DNA of 57,722 nucleotides, filler included, from Jimgerdemannia flammicorona (taxonomy: Eukaryota): the NCBI GenBank assembly GCA_003990765.1. It is 3 parts of 3 records of this genome, joined end to end, with 100 filler letters (N's around TTAATTAATTAA, not from the genome) between each part and the next. Parts side by side here need not be neighbours in the genome. Positions count along the whole stretch, not along the records: positions 19,279 to 38,451 come from RBNJ01002006.1; positions 38,552 to 57,722 come from RBNJ01002007.1; 1 more part is not named here. One strand, 5' to 3'. The translations under genes were made by a program, and so were the position numbers. Shown piece after piece: positions 26,586 through 39,586 of this stretch (positions are counted from its first letter, which is position 1; the number at the start of each line of letters is the position of its first letter). The notes beneath the pieces were generated by a model. It saw only the letters and a list, made by a program, of their open reading frames with translations. It searched no databases and had not been told where the DNA came from.

Positions 26586-27052
26586 AATGATGTAAGAACA
26601 ATGTGAGCCACAAGTGGATTCGTGAAAATAGCCTTTGACCTATCACATGCCGATACATTGTTTAGTTCAGTTGGTAGTGGAAGCAAGCTATGATTGGTAT
26701 CAAGCGCTAATGATACGGACACTTAAAATTTGTACTGAGTAAAAATCGGACATTTACTTGCTGTAAATGTACTAGTAAAGGTCGTTAGCCAGACTATGAA
26801 GTGTAAACCTTGCATCTTTTGAGCCAAGGAGATACGTATCACGGACTTTGCACAAAATACCAAATCGCTTTTTTCATTGTTAATATTCCATGACTGGCGT
26901 ATATTTGCTTGTGCGATCCAGAGGGCATTTATTGTGATGTTCCTCTTTTCTTAAAGTATGTGTACTGCATTAAAATATTAACTATTCGTTGCATATTTAT
27001 TTTGGAAATATATTTTTTTGTAAAAATGTTAAGAGGTTTCACAACAATATAC

Positions 27053-28081
27053 TCAAGGACCTTCATTCCCTTCGCGTGCGCGAGAATTTTTATTATTCCC
27101 AATGCAGCAAAAAAAAAAAAAAAAAGTTCTGTGATCGACTGATGAAAATAACGATGATCGACGACAACCAACCATTTGATAGCTGACCATGGCAGTATGA
27201 ACAGCAATTATAATCTTACGAACAGCCACCCTCACATACTCAGCAAGAGCCTCAGGCTGGTCAGCCATGGAGAAATGATTCAACCCGTCCATCGGCACCA
27301 TTACGACTGCCTCTCTCCTGTCTACTTCGCCAAATCCTTGATTATATTCGGCGCCATAGTTCCATACAGCACACCAACCGATAGTCTTCGTAGCGCCCGC
27401 ACGGCCACCTCTTCCGTCAGCTGTAGCCTGGTGGTTGCGAACAACTCGGACATGTTCTCGGATTCAAAGCACGACGCCAGCAGGTCGCGCGGCATGAGGT
27501 CCAGAGAGTTCCGGCCTGCCACCGGCTCATCCGTCATGGGATCGTAGAACCCGCCGATTACGTGGAAAAAAATTGGTGGCACTTCAGGCCCATCGGCGAC
27601 GATTGGGATGCCCCCAGGCTCATAGAAAAGGAGGGCATCGAAGGAGAGCGGGTGGCCATGTGGGACATCATCGACGGCTGGCATGAGCTGGAGGACTAGA
27701 CTAGGACAACTAACTTAGAAGGGATGGCGCTAGACGCGCGAAGGTAAGACGTCAAAGAGAGGGGGTCCGTAGGGTGTGGAAGTGGCGTGGTGTTGTTGGA
27801 GGTCACGCGTGTTTGGCCGTAGCCACGGCGGTCATAGGAGATGATGCGGTAATCTGAGGCCAAGTTGGGAAGCAGGAATTCGAAAGCATCTGTATATAAA
27901 CGGAACATGGATGAGAGAACAATATTGATAAGCAGCATTTGGTATAGATCCATCTATTTTTCTCTTCCCACTCAACTCACGCGAATTGCACGAGAAGAAT
28001 TGTTATGTACTCCGTTATGTTGGCAGGGATACCAGTGTCTTGGTACGAGATTGTAATACCGTCAAGCTCAGCGTAAAGCAT
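27053..28081 (-). pseudogene. Alpha/beta hydrolase, probably disrupted
   Basis: MLYAELDGITISYQDTG; YRIISYDRRGYG; LLFYEPG; MDGLNHFSMADQPEALA. Frame breaks near 27700 and 27330, and no GxSxG found. Confidence 0.7.
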
Positions 28082-30740
28082 GATTACTATGCGTAATAAT
28101 GAACAACCAATCTACTTTGAATAACTCAGGTGTTTACCAACGTCCACATTTATATTCTTAACGGAGATTTTCACGCATTGATTTTCGTCAAGTCCCTTTA
28201 TCTGTGCTGCGCCTCAACTCGGCAAAGAAATTTTCCGTAAATCCGACCAGCGAGTTATCCGAGCTTCGCATTGAAGGACCCTCCCCGAGCCACGTGGTTC
28301 CCACAATCGATGAGGCTTTGCGATATTCGGATTTGAATTTTGACGCATTTGCATCCCCGAAAAAACTTTTTTGAGTAATGGTGTGAGGCCCTCGAGGATA
28401 AATTCGGCATCATCGATAGGGATGTCGAGTTGTAACTTCGCAGGCAGGTCATAATTCCATTTGGCTATCTACTAACTTCGGCTATCAACATCGACCAACT
28501 TGTTACACACCCCAGGGTGCGATACATCAGAGTATTCTATACACAGGGCATTGGCCGTAGCCTCGGGCTATGGGTTAAATGATGATGATGAGATTGGGGT
28601 GTGTTGTCTATTACGCACGAGTGAGTCTGGACACTAAGTTGGGGTCGTCTGGTCGGGGGATTCCGGCGTGGGGATGAATACATGCATCGGGAGCTACATC
28701 CATTAACAAGGTTGGGATATCTTTATTTATTTCATCCCTTTCACACATGCATATGTGAGCTTGATGTAGTTCACAAATGATGACCTCCAAAGCCATCTTT
28801 TCTTCTACCGAACTTCATGCATTTTTTTCTCGCGGTTATATTTTCTCGGAGCCACTGCTGTTAGAATCCACTCATCCATCGAAATGTAAGTCTCACAAAA
28901 CACATCTCATCCCTGCACAATTTCTACCCCTTTCTCCGAGTGCTTTAACTGCCGCGTTAGGATATTGGATATGCATGCCATTCATGCCGCAACAAATAAC
29001 ACAGGAGTTCCCCACGAACAAGATCGAGGATTAATTCCCCTGCTCCTAATGCCCCGATCAGTATTTCGGCTATCTAAAGCACAACCGGAGCAAAACCATC
29101 CAGTTCCGTGCGCCTTAATTAAGTGTTGAGATTTTTCGACCTTCGCCCAAGTAGCCACATTCGTTTATGACATAAACACATTTTATGAAAACAAGTTGCT
29201 CATTTCGCTGCCCTCACCAGAAATGACTACGCTCGTGCCCTGTTACCTCGTGACCATGACCACATCACTCCACACCTCCCTATCAGACCTTTTTCTAGCC
29301 CGGTACGTTCTCATCAAAATGTACGCTAGTCATCTTACAACCACATCTATAGCAACTAGAGATCATCCACGTAATGTCGACTCTATTCGCGGCATCTCAA
29401 TTGGTACAACACTTGCCACCTTTACATTTTTCAAAGGGGAAATGACATCTATTTTATTCGAGAGTTATTTTATGGTTGCAATACAGTGCTTTTGGAAAAC
29501 AATTATCCTTCAAACGAAGCCGTACACGATTATTGGTCACTACCTCAATAAACCGGTGCCCCTAAGGACAGAAAAGTCTGGTAAACACATGGGTACATTT
29601 TTTTCGCTATATTATTATAGAATTGGCAGATGAATCTTGGCTTCGATAGTGTTGTAAGGTCAAGTCTCTTGAAATTGGTGTTAAAACTGCGGAACAACAC
29701 AAGACGCAGAGTGCAGAGAGAGCTTGCGAAAGCGCCAACAGGAGAAATTCCAAGGTTCAGAGTACAGAGGGGCTTTGATTCGTGATTGTCAAAAGGAGCA
29801 ATGTGAAGTGCAGAGCCTTCATTTGCGTTTGCGGCGAATGATTAGCCGTACGGCTTGTCCATGACATAAGCGGACAGCTCTGAACGTTCAAAAATTTCAC
29901 ATAACCACAAAGAAAAGACAACGCTGGGCATTCCCAGTGGGAGTTTGCATAAACCATATGGTCATAATAGGGCAACCCCATTAAAAAATAATGAAAGAAC
30001 TGTCGTCGTCCTTGACCAACAAGGTTAGATTTCACCCACACAACGCATCGGCCTAATGCAGCAATTTTCAGCTGTCCCTGCCAACGCTCCTATTTTTGGT
30101 CAAATTCCGACGATCCTTGGACGGTGCGTCCGCTTTCCACATGTGTCGGTCCATTGTCTGATCAGCATAGAAATTCACCAACATAGTCGTAACGTAAAAG
30201 GATGAGCGGCCATACCTTTCCCAAGCCACAGAAATGTTTGGATGAACAGTACAATGAACCCGATATTGAGGGTCGCGAAAAATACAGAATGTTGCAAATC
30301 GAATCTGGCTTCAAAGCTCTGCTGTCTCAATCAATCCAATCACTGGACGAGGCCGTATTTCGGCTTTGTACCAGTAGTTCTTCGTTTGCACTTGTCCGAT
30401 CTCCGCGCAATTATTTACATCTGTCGTCACATTGATTGATGCCAAACAAATAGCACACCACTCGGGGAAAGATTGAAAAAAGTATCATTTTTAGCATAGG
30501 TGACAGAAAACATATACAAGAATCTATGGATGAATTTTACTCTGCAACTTTTTACAATGCGGATGAGGGGTTGATTGGTGGATGAAGGTAGTTTGTGGGT
30601 ATAAATACATATGGAAGCAGCTACATACAGTTAGTTCGCACATTTATGGAGATTCGACGTGCAAGTTGATATCATGTAATAAGATACGGACAGCGACAAA
30701 GGATCCCTGATTTGGTTGCAATCCGATCATGGGCACAAAG

Positions 30741-32180
30741 TTACGCTGACATGACCAGCGTCGCGGTCTGATCTTCGTTCGCCTCACATTGTAACCAAAA
30801 CGCGATGAGCGCTTGACACAGTTCCATCGGGCGGCAGCTCGGTATTGCGTGCCCCGTGTCGTCGAATACCAGGAATTTTTGGGGGTTGAGATGTCGCTTC
30901 AGGTACTCGCTGCTCTTCGTCTTGACAAAGTTGTCCCACGTGCCGACGCACACGAACGAGGGGATCTGCGTCTCTTTGATCACCCGTAGCTGCTTCCGCG
31001 TCACCTTGTGGCGAATGCCTGCGACCGCTTGACTGAGCATGCCTGACAAGGGTTGGGGTCGGTTGCGTGCTGAACGTGTTTTCTGGCGCTATGTGGTTAA
31101 CAACGTTGATTTAGTGATGAAAATTTTGTTTCCACCCCAGCGCAATAAAAAAGGATAGAACGACACTCACGTTTAAGATTTTGTCGAAATTCGTCTCGAA
31201 TTCGGGATCTTCAGGCTTTGCCTTCAACCAGTTTTCAGTGAAGTTAATGTTGATGTTACGTCGCATGCCTGTCTCCGGATCCTTGAAAAGATTCGTCAAT
31301 AGTGTGTATGTCGCCACGAATGGTGTACCTGTCTCACCGGCTTTTGTCGCGATGAGGCACGACGACGCGAACATTTCGGGACGCAGCATCATTGCCTTCA
31401 GCGAGATCATGCCGCCCATCGAGATCCCCACAACGTGCACGTCGGAAGTCCAACCAAGGTGTATCATCAGCTCAATCAGGTCAATGGCCATGTCCTTCGT
31501 GCCGTAGAAACCCCATGGAGCATCTGTGGGAGGGCGTTGTTAGGTTACGGTCATGAAATTGGACCCTGCGGATGCTTTCCGGTACGGACATGAAATGAAA
31601 TGAAACGGAGCAAGTATTTACCTGACCATCCGACCCCTCGGTTGTCGTACGTTAGCACAGTGTAATCGCCCTGCGCACCGAAGTAAGCGGTCTAGAACAA
31701 ACACAAAAATTAGTTCTGGGAATCAGTCCGGATGACGTAAAGATCGCCGTCGCACAATGGTCAATTTCATGAGAATTTCAAGAGGCGTGGTCATAGTACT
31801 CACCTGATAGTCCCAAGCTTGGCAAGTTGTGTTCAGGCCTGTAAGCGGGAAAAAAAAAAAAAAAATTGGTTAGTGAGGTTGCACAAATAACGGAAAACGT
31901 TGACACGCACCGTGCGAAACATACCCATTATCAAAACAACCCTCTTCTTGCCCGCGCCGTGAAGTTCGTAGTACAGCTTAATGGGCTTCTTGGCGCGATC
32001 TTTGGCCACCTCAACGGTTCCCTGTTGGAATGGGTAGGACACGCTTATGTCGGGCATATCGTTTGTGGTTGGTTGCGTGAATTTCTCTTTCGCGGATGAC
32101 GGTATTTCCATGGTTTTCGCTATCGCTTGCCGGCCGACGATGGTTTCGCTCGAAGTACGTGTGTGTTGGGTCCTAGACAT
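30741..32180 (-). CDS. Alpha/beta hydrolase, multi-exon
   Basis: KLYYELHGAG...VLIMG|LNTTCQAWDYQ|...YDNRGVGWS|DAP...; nucleophile elbow VHVVGISMGG; C-terminal GTWD and TGHAIP; GT-AG introns. Confidence 0.92.
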
Positions 32181-34956
32181 TAGGAAGAGTGAAGGGGCCA
32201 AAGGGAATGCAAAATAAAGGCGTTTCAAGGCTGTTTATATATTTATTGCTCGGTCAACAATATTTAATCACCTGGAAACCCCGTTTTTCGATTACTACCG
32301 AGGAACAGTGCCAGATTCGACCGATCAAGACGACAGTTCGGGTGGCGGTTTGCGGACCCCAGTCCAGGAAGATATTATTTTTATCGTCCCAGGAATGGAT
32401 CACGATCCTTGTGTGCATGTTGTCAAACGGGCGGCAGACCGCAGCAGTCACAATTTGGTTCGAAATGCAGAGAAAAAAAATGTTATTTGAAAATTCCATC
32501 TTGCTCCTCCAATATATCGGCTGGTTATTTGGGAAAATGGAACTAATTCCGTATAATGCAACGTGCAGGTGAAGGAAATACAATATTGCCGTAAAAACAA
32601 CCTATCGGAGATCTTCGGGAGGTGAAGCCCTTGATTGTTTCCATGGAAATATAAGGTTTCTCGTGTTACGGATGAGAAATCGGTCGGACTATATCATCCA
32701 TGCTCATAACACTTGACAATTGAAGCTGAACCACAAGCATATTTCCAAATATATTGATCAATACGACTCGACCGAACAAGGAAGGTTGAGGTAGTTTACA
32801 CAAGGCCCGGCCTCATAGCGGTAGGGAGCCATCCCATTGAGTTTTGCCGATGAATCTGCTCGATATAGATCCATGAAAGCCTTTCCCGGCCGACCCATCC
32901 ACATTTTACGCGACGTCCACTGATTTGAAAGGGGATTTAGCAGTCGCATTGAACCTAGAAACCTATAGTTGGCTTTGTTCCCCGTGGTTATTGTATAAGG
33001 TCTTTGATCGTGCCAAGATTGAACAACGCCACAAGCCTTGTATTGTGGTTGTCCGCGTGGTCAACCGCTCATTCCTTGAAAATTACTCACTGTCTCACTG
33101 GCATGTCGAAAATTGGACCTTGGACAGAAATGGTCAATCCATCCGAAAGTGGCGCGGGTCGGGTTTTTGTCCGTTGGTGGCGTTGGCCAATGGTCAGATT
33201 TTTTGTCTGTCTCGAGTGGAAAATCCAGACGCTGCAATCAATAACGTGTTACCTCCCGAAAAGGGGTATGTGAAGGAGTAGCGTGTATCTCTCTAATTTC
33301 CAATTTATTACAAGAGACGTTGTTTTGGTCTCCCGCTCTAGAAAGGTAGGCGAGTGACCTCTTTGGTTGCGGCATGGATGCTGATTTTGTAATCAGGGGC
33401 GCCCAGATGTGTTACAAAATGCAGGTTATAGTGACACGTCACGCTGGAATTTGTCCTTGTGCCAACGCGCAAGCGCCGACTGGCCGATGGCGATGATCCT
33501 ATAGCTCTCCTTCCAATCTCAGCTCAGTTAATTAAAGGAAAAACTTGTTAGTTGTATCCATCCCTCCAATATGGGTAGTGGCGCAGTGGATCTGATATGC
33601 CACGAATTTGTGATGTTTCAGATAGGACAATCCATTCAACGCGGTCCGTAGGGTGGACGAGTTTACTCAGCGACTCGTTTTGATTACTCAGACACAGACT
33701 TGTGGTGAATCGCGCTAGTAGTTTGGCAAACGATAGTAAACCGTGTAATTTGGGGACCGTGGAAATATTCCTGTATTTCCAGTTGGGATCATGTAAATGG
33801 GCATGCCGGCTCTACGAATCAATGGAGATCCTGAATGCGAAATTTAACCTACAACATAATTACTATCATTGGCTGACTATATGGGAGCTCAGCTTTGGAG
33901 CTACCATTTGTTACTTCCGGTATATATATATATATGATTAATGGCAATGGCAATGGTAATGGTAAACGGAGCTCTCGCGCGGGTAAAATAAAAGTAGCAG
34001 TGCAGAGAAGCCACAAAAATAAAAATAAAATGTGCATTTCCTGAATTGAATATTGAACGCAGTTCGTTCCCTAATTGTACGTCGTAGTTCAGTCCTTGTG
34101 CTTAATAATCACGACAAGTCTTGGTTTTGCATCTATTTCTATACCATATTATTTGCTTGGAGATCGATTAGATAAACTGTCGTCGACCGTTATTCGGGCC
34201 AGGATTTTTGGTTCTGACGAACTCGTTCAACCTCGTTATCAGATTGGTGTTTCGAGTCACGCAAAATCTTAAGTTAAATCCTTCTCGCAACTGTAACTAA
34301 AAACAACCAATTTTCCTTTAACCGATCATTGTTCTTAAAATTTTGTTGTATTTGGGCAAAATGCATGCATGAGGAAGTCCGTCTCGAACGCGTTGCATTG
34401 GTCAGTTCGATAAGAACCCGACAAGAAGTGTACCAGAGGGAGGTGGGAGGGTGTAAAAAAGGCAAAGTATTGGCTAATCGTTTGGAATGAAACGAACCAC
34501 AGGCGAAAGCGAAAGCGAAGAGATATGTAGAGTTGAAATACAAATGAAGGGATTCCCTAATTAGATGTCGTAACGACGTGTCTAATGCGCTATCCTTTTT
34601 GGGATTCCTCCAATGACGTTAGAGACGAATAAGCTAGGAGAGAGGAAAATAGCGATGCCTTTTCATACTATGCGGTTTACGCGCGTATGATATAATTCAA
34701 GTATCAACATCAGATATGTGCACATACGGCCCCCCTCCTCAACCCCGTATACACCGATGCATCCGCATACGTTTTTAAGAGATTTATATTCCTGAACGTA
34801 ATTCTTTACAAACGGCTAGAGGGTAAGTCCCACTGTTGACGGCATAAAAGAATAATAATTTCGGCAATATGTTGCTTGTATATTTTTAATTAACAATTGC
34901 CACTGTTCCGTACTTCCGGAGTTTGTCGTCAACCAATGCCAGCTTCGGCTTGGCTT

Positions 34957-35240
34957 CTCGACATTAGTATACAAAGAGGAGGATCAACGACACGTACTAT
35001 TCGGCGTGTAATATTACCTGGACAGGTAACTTTCAGCACGTGGAACATAACTACGTCTACCGACTGCGCAATGTGACGAAAGTCGTTTCCCACGTTTCGT
35101 AACCGTAATACACCCATCACTCTCAATGCTCGACATTATGACGCGGACTATTTGGCGTGTAATATTACCTGAACAGGTAAATGGAACACAACTAGATCTA
35201 TCGACCGCGCAATGTGAAAAAGGTCGTTTCCCATATTTCG
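34957..35240 (+). repeat. Imperfect tandem duplication (~150-170 bp period)
   Basis: ggcgtgtaatattacctg..caggtaa and gcgcaatgtga...gtcgtttccca each occur twice. Confidence 0.8.
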
Positions 35241-35852
35241 CCACCAGTAATTTAAAAGATTTTCTGCAATGCATCAATCACTATCAATGTTCTATTACAA
35301 AAAAAAAAAAAAAAAAAAAAAAAAATTCCGGAATGCGCAAGCTCATTCTCGATGATATTATCCTCCTTTGGACGGCTTGAAACATTTATGGATTGAAAGA
35401 GAGCAATGAGGACCATAAAAGAATTTAAAAATCGCATTCACATTTTCGGGGTTCAAAACAAGTCATTGAGCTTCGTGCATATATAATAATCATCGTTCCG
35501 AAGCAACCTTATGAATCTAAATGGATTATAAATTGAATAGTGGTTGAAATCCTTCTCGTGACAAATCTAAAGGCATCGCGGGATACTGGCAATTCGGAGG
35601 AAAAAAAAAAAAAAAAAAAAATGTAAGAGTGAGACACCAGCTAACATGCGAAACAATTGAAATGCACGATACAAATGATGGCCTCTGACGTAATGATTTA
35701 CATTGACGGCAAAGATGTGGCTTATATAACTTTTCTTGTGGAGAGAACAAACGCTACATTGTATTTGCATTCCTCGTCCGATAATCATGTCCTCCCTTTC
35801 CCATACACTTATGCAATACCAATTCTTCCCCCACCTCACCGAGTCTTACGTC

Positions 35853-37247
35853 ATGCCCAAGTACGTAGACAAAGATGAAGTTGAAGCTGAAGCAATGAAC
35901 GTAGACGAATATGAAGTTGAAGCTAAAGGCCAAGATGACCAAGGCCTAATTTCCCTTGGCGATATCGAATGCAAATCCTTCTACCCATATCACACTGCGC
36001 CCACGCCCGACGAGGTCACCCTCATCCGCCTCCGCATCCTCAAACTGTTCGAGGACATGATCTACATTACCGTAGGCTCCATCGCCGGCTGCTACCGTCG
36101 CAAGTACGGCGTTCCTTTGAACAAGGCTGGCAACTCGGTATGTGGCAGGCGATTCTGAATGCGAACTGTTTTGGAAGAACGTAAAATTTTTCACTCTGCT
36201 TACCTCTCGCCATTTCCCCAAATTTCTATCTTGAAGGAACAATACATCCGCGCTATTCTTCCCTTGCATCTAACCCACCAAAAACGCACCGACATCCCTA
36301 GAAACCGCAAGCTCATCAGCCTCACCGATCGTCCGCCGCTTCCGACTGGGCTGGCCGACGTCCCGTTCACGCTGGCCACGCTCCGCATGCGGATTCTGCG
36401 TCTCTGCCCGACAGTGTGCTCGGCGGTGGCCGTGGTTCCGCTGTACGAGGAAATCTACGGCCCGCTCCAGAGCGCCCAACCCGAGCCGACGGACACACCT
36501 CCAAGCAACGGCGGCTTGGTGAGCTTCGAGACATGGGTCGAAATTATCCGCTGGGCTAGGACTAATCCGCCCAAAAAATGCCCAGCGCTGTACGCCGAGG
36601 TCGGCGACGAGCGCGAGATCAATTTAATCAACTATGTTGGACCCTCCACCAGCGACGGATGGACCAAGTTCGTCGGGACGGACGGGACCGTGTGCGTGCA
36701 TAATATACTCTTCTCGTCCGAACCTTTCAACACCAACCTGGGCACCGAGCATGTGGCGGAATCGCACGACGTCAAAATGGGCACCGAGCATGTGGCGGAA
36801 TCACACGACGTCAAAATGGGCACAGAGCAACAAGTCAAGTCCGAGCATTACGACGCCAACATCGATACCACAATCACACCTGTCCTGGTCACGCAACCTA
36901 TTGCGTCGCACCTACAGAATGCGCCGACTCGGAAAGTAATGCCCTGGTCTATCTCCCCCCAGTACTACAATATCGAACCGTCCAAAAAGCGAATTAAAAA
37001 GCAAACTAAAAGTTCCAAGCGTTATCGTACCAACGACCCATCAGTGCCAGTGTCGGTCCCGGTCACGCAGCCAACCGCGTCGAATTTGCAGGATGTACCG
37101 ATATTGACGAAAAAGCACACCCACGAGATCAAGCACCACAGGACCAGCAAGCTAGGGAAAAGAAGTGTGCTGGACGGGATGGGGAAAAAGTCGAAGTGGG
37201 AATCAGTGGAGGGAAGGGACGAGCGTGTCTGTTACAACCTATCATAG
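35853..37247 (+). CDS. Hypothetical protein, probably spliced, with possible winged-helix (OST-HTH/LOTUS-like) units
   Basis: Adjacent ORFs 35736-36158 and 36159-37247 with coding-like codon use. GTATGT donor at ~36138. Repeated IRLRILKL / LRMRILRL followed by YxxxYG-PL. A 39-bp coding tandem repeat lies at ~36741-36830. Confidence 0.6.
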
Positions 37248-38451
37248 TGCTCCATTGCTCTTTATCTTGTGCATTTGCGTTGGCAGGACTGGGTTTATTG
37301 TTCCGCAGTTCGGCGGTGGATTCGTGATTTCCTTAGGCATCTTTTTTTTTTTTGTTGCTTGTAATGCTTAGTTTGAAATCTTGGATAGTATTGCGGCTTG
37401 GGCAGATATAGCGAACGAGATATTTGTATACATTATGAATAAATTGTGCCAATCATACGAATAAGGTCTTGACCTATTGATTTTCATGGAACTTGTAAAG
37501 TCATTCTTGCCGTGAACGTAATGCCACTTCATGGCGTTTATCACTCTTCTAACCTCCGAACTATCGTTTATTCATACAAAACGAATGAGGCTGCAGTGTA
37601 CTTTATGAAGAAAGAGGTTTAATAATTTACATTTATGTACCTTTATAATCTTCTCTATTAACATTATAGAATAAAGAGAAATAACACAAGTTACTTATCA
37701 GAACTGCTGGGGATGATATTAATTCTTAAATTTGTCGTTAATTATTTAACAGATTACATGTAAGAATATTACTTTTAAAAACACAGTTTTGTGTTTATAT
37801 CAAGTATTTAACCTATTACATAATAATAAAAACCTTTGGCTCACATTTAATAGGCCTGTTGTATTAGGTATTGAGGAAGTACTAAATTTCATTATGATAT
37901 CTAAGTATTTTATAAGGATTCTTAGTTGAGATGTTAAGATACTATTGCAGTTTTAAATATTTGTAAAGATATCTAGTTCAAAGGAGTTCAGAACACCTGC
38001 TTATTGCTACAAAGAACCCGCCATTTTGGGACGGTTTCGGCAGACGAAGCCTTGCGTGCATGCAGTAGGTGTTAGACTGGGTGTGGAGCGCAGGCCGGCA
38101 GGTGAGGGGGGTCACTGGGAGGATTTGAGGTCTCAGCTAGTGGGGGGGGTGGGTGATAGTTGGCTCACTGTCAAGTGGGTGTTAGCAGTTTGGGTGGGAT
38201 TGGTGGGACATTGGCTATTTGTGTTTGAGGAGGGGTGGCAGATGAGTCTGCAGGTGAAGGTTTCAAGGTGGGAGGAGCTGTTGGGGGATCTGATGAATGG
38301 ATGGTGGGTAGGTTGGGGCCCTTCAGGGGGGCAATGGTGAGGTTTGGTGGTGAAGATATGCGAACAGAGTGGTGGGAGGGTGGGGACTGTATTTGATAGA
38401 GTGGTGTTTCATCGAGAAGGGGTAGGGGGGAGGGGCCCCCCTAGGGGGATT

Positions 38452-38551
38452 NNNNNNNNNNNNNNNNNNNNNNNNNNNNNNNNNNNNNNNNNNNNTTAAT
38501 TAATTAANNNNNNNNNNNNNNNNNNNNNNNNNNNNNNNNNNNNNNNNNNNN
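38452..38551. other. Artificial scaffold gap/linker
   Basis: 100-nt N run with a central TTAATTAATTAA. Confidence 0.97.
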
Positions 38552-39586
38552 CTCTCCGCAATCACAAGACGTCAGCCTCTATCACCACCTGATATCACAC
38601 CATAGCGCCCTTGACTGTTTATCCTCCTCTACCACATTTTCCGCCCCCCCCCCCCCCCCAATACTCACTTTGATTAAACTTGTAATTATTATTCGCTCGA
38701 CCTATCGTGCTTCATCGTTTCATAACTACCCCGTTGCACACTTACTCTGCGTTTTACTTCCCCCCCTCCCCCTTCCAAATCTCGCACACCCATTCACTTA
38801 ACTCATTCGTGGTTGACCGCTTGTGTTCTGCAATCCAGCCTTGCTCGCACTCACTCTCCGCAATCACAAGACGTCAGCCTCTATCACCACCTGATATCAC
38901 ACCATAGCGCCCTTGACTGTTTATCCTCCTCTACCACATTTTCCGCCCCCCCTCCCCCCATAAACTTTTTGTCAAGAGGAACTCTCCTCCTTCATCACTA
39001 CTGTCACCTGTCACCCATTCCGACGAGAGCTGTCTACAACACAGCCCACCCCACACTTCTCTACCCAACCTTTACCTCGACTGAACGACTTCTCCGTTCA
39101 CCTCTTCTCTACCACGCTCACATATCGAGTGGTTTTCCTTTTCTTTTTTCTTTTTCTTTTTTCTACTCTGCTCATCTGAACAAGACCCCTACTTGTCCCT
39201 CTGTTCGCTTCCCCTTATCACTCCTACCGAGACTCCAAAACCCCCCACTCTGGTTACCTTTATCTGTTACCGCAAGTTCTTTGCGGTCCGAGTACGCACA
39301 TCGTTTCTGTGTTTCGTACACCATTTTTTCGCGCGTAGATCTTCATCCGCCCATCTTACCTTGCCCCCATTCGGGAAATCGACGGTGCTATCTCACATCG
39401 AGCATCGGCCTTGATATTTAATTTCGGAGATTCTTCCTTACGGTCTCTCTTCCTTACCGGTATTACTCGAAGACTTTTGATTCCTTCGTCTTCTTCCTAA
39501 TATCTGCACACCCCCACAGAACCTCGTCAAGCATTCCCCGAGGCTCTCCCATCTATACCATCGACTCAACCATCGGATCGTAAACC

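Noticed and set aside
32189..33281. Several 100-127 aa ORFs upstream of the hydrolase
   Set aside because: No motifs, non-ATG starts, and mutually overlapping frames.
37560..38451. AT-rich then G-rich, CpG-poor tract before the gap
   Set aside because: Probably another mutated repeat, but no termini or protein motif could be identified.
38552..38960. Near-identical ~100-bp duplication (38552-38650 vs 38854-38950)
   Set aside because: It starts exactly at a contig edge beside a polyC run, so it is most likely an assembly artefact.
38813..39421. 202-aa ORF upstream of the kinase
   Set aside because: Pyrimidine-rich, low-complexity 5' region with no ATG start or motif; probably UTR or promoter.
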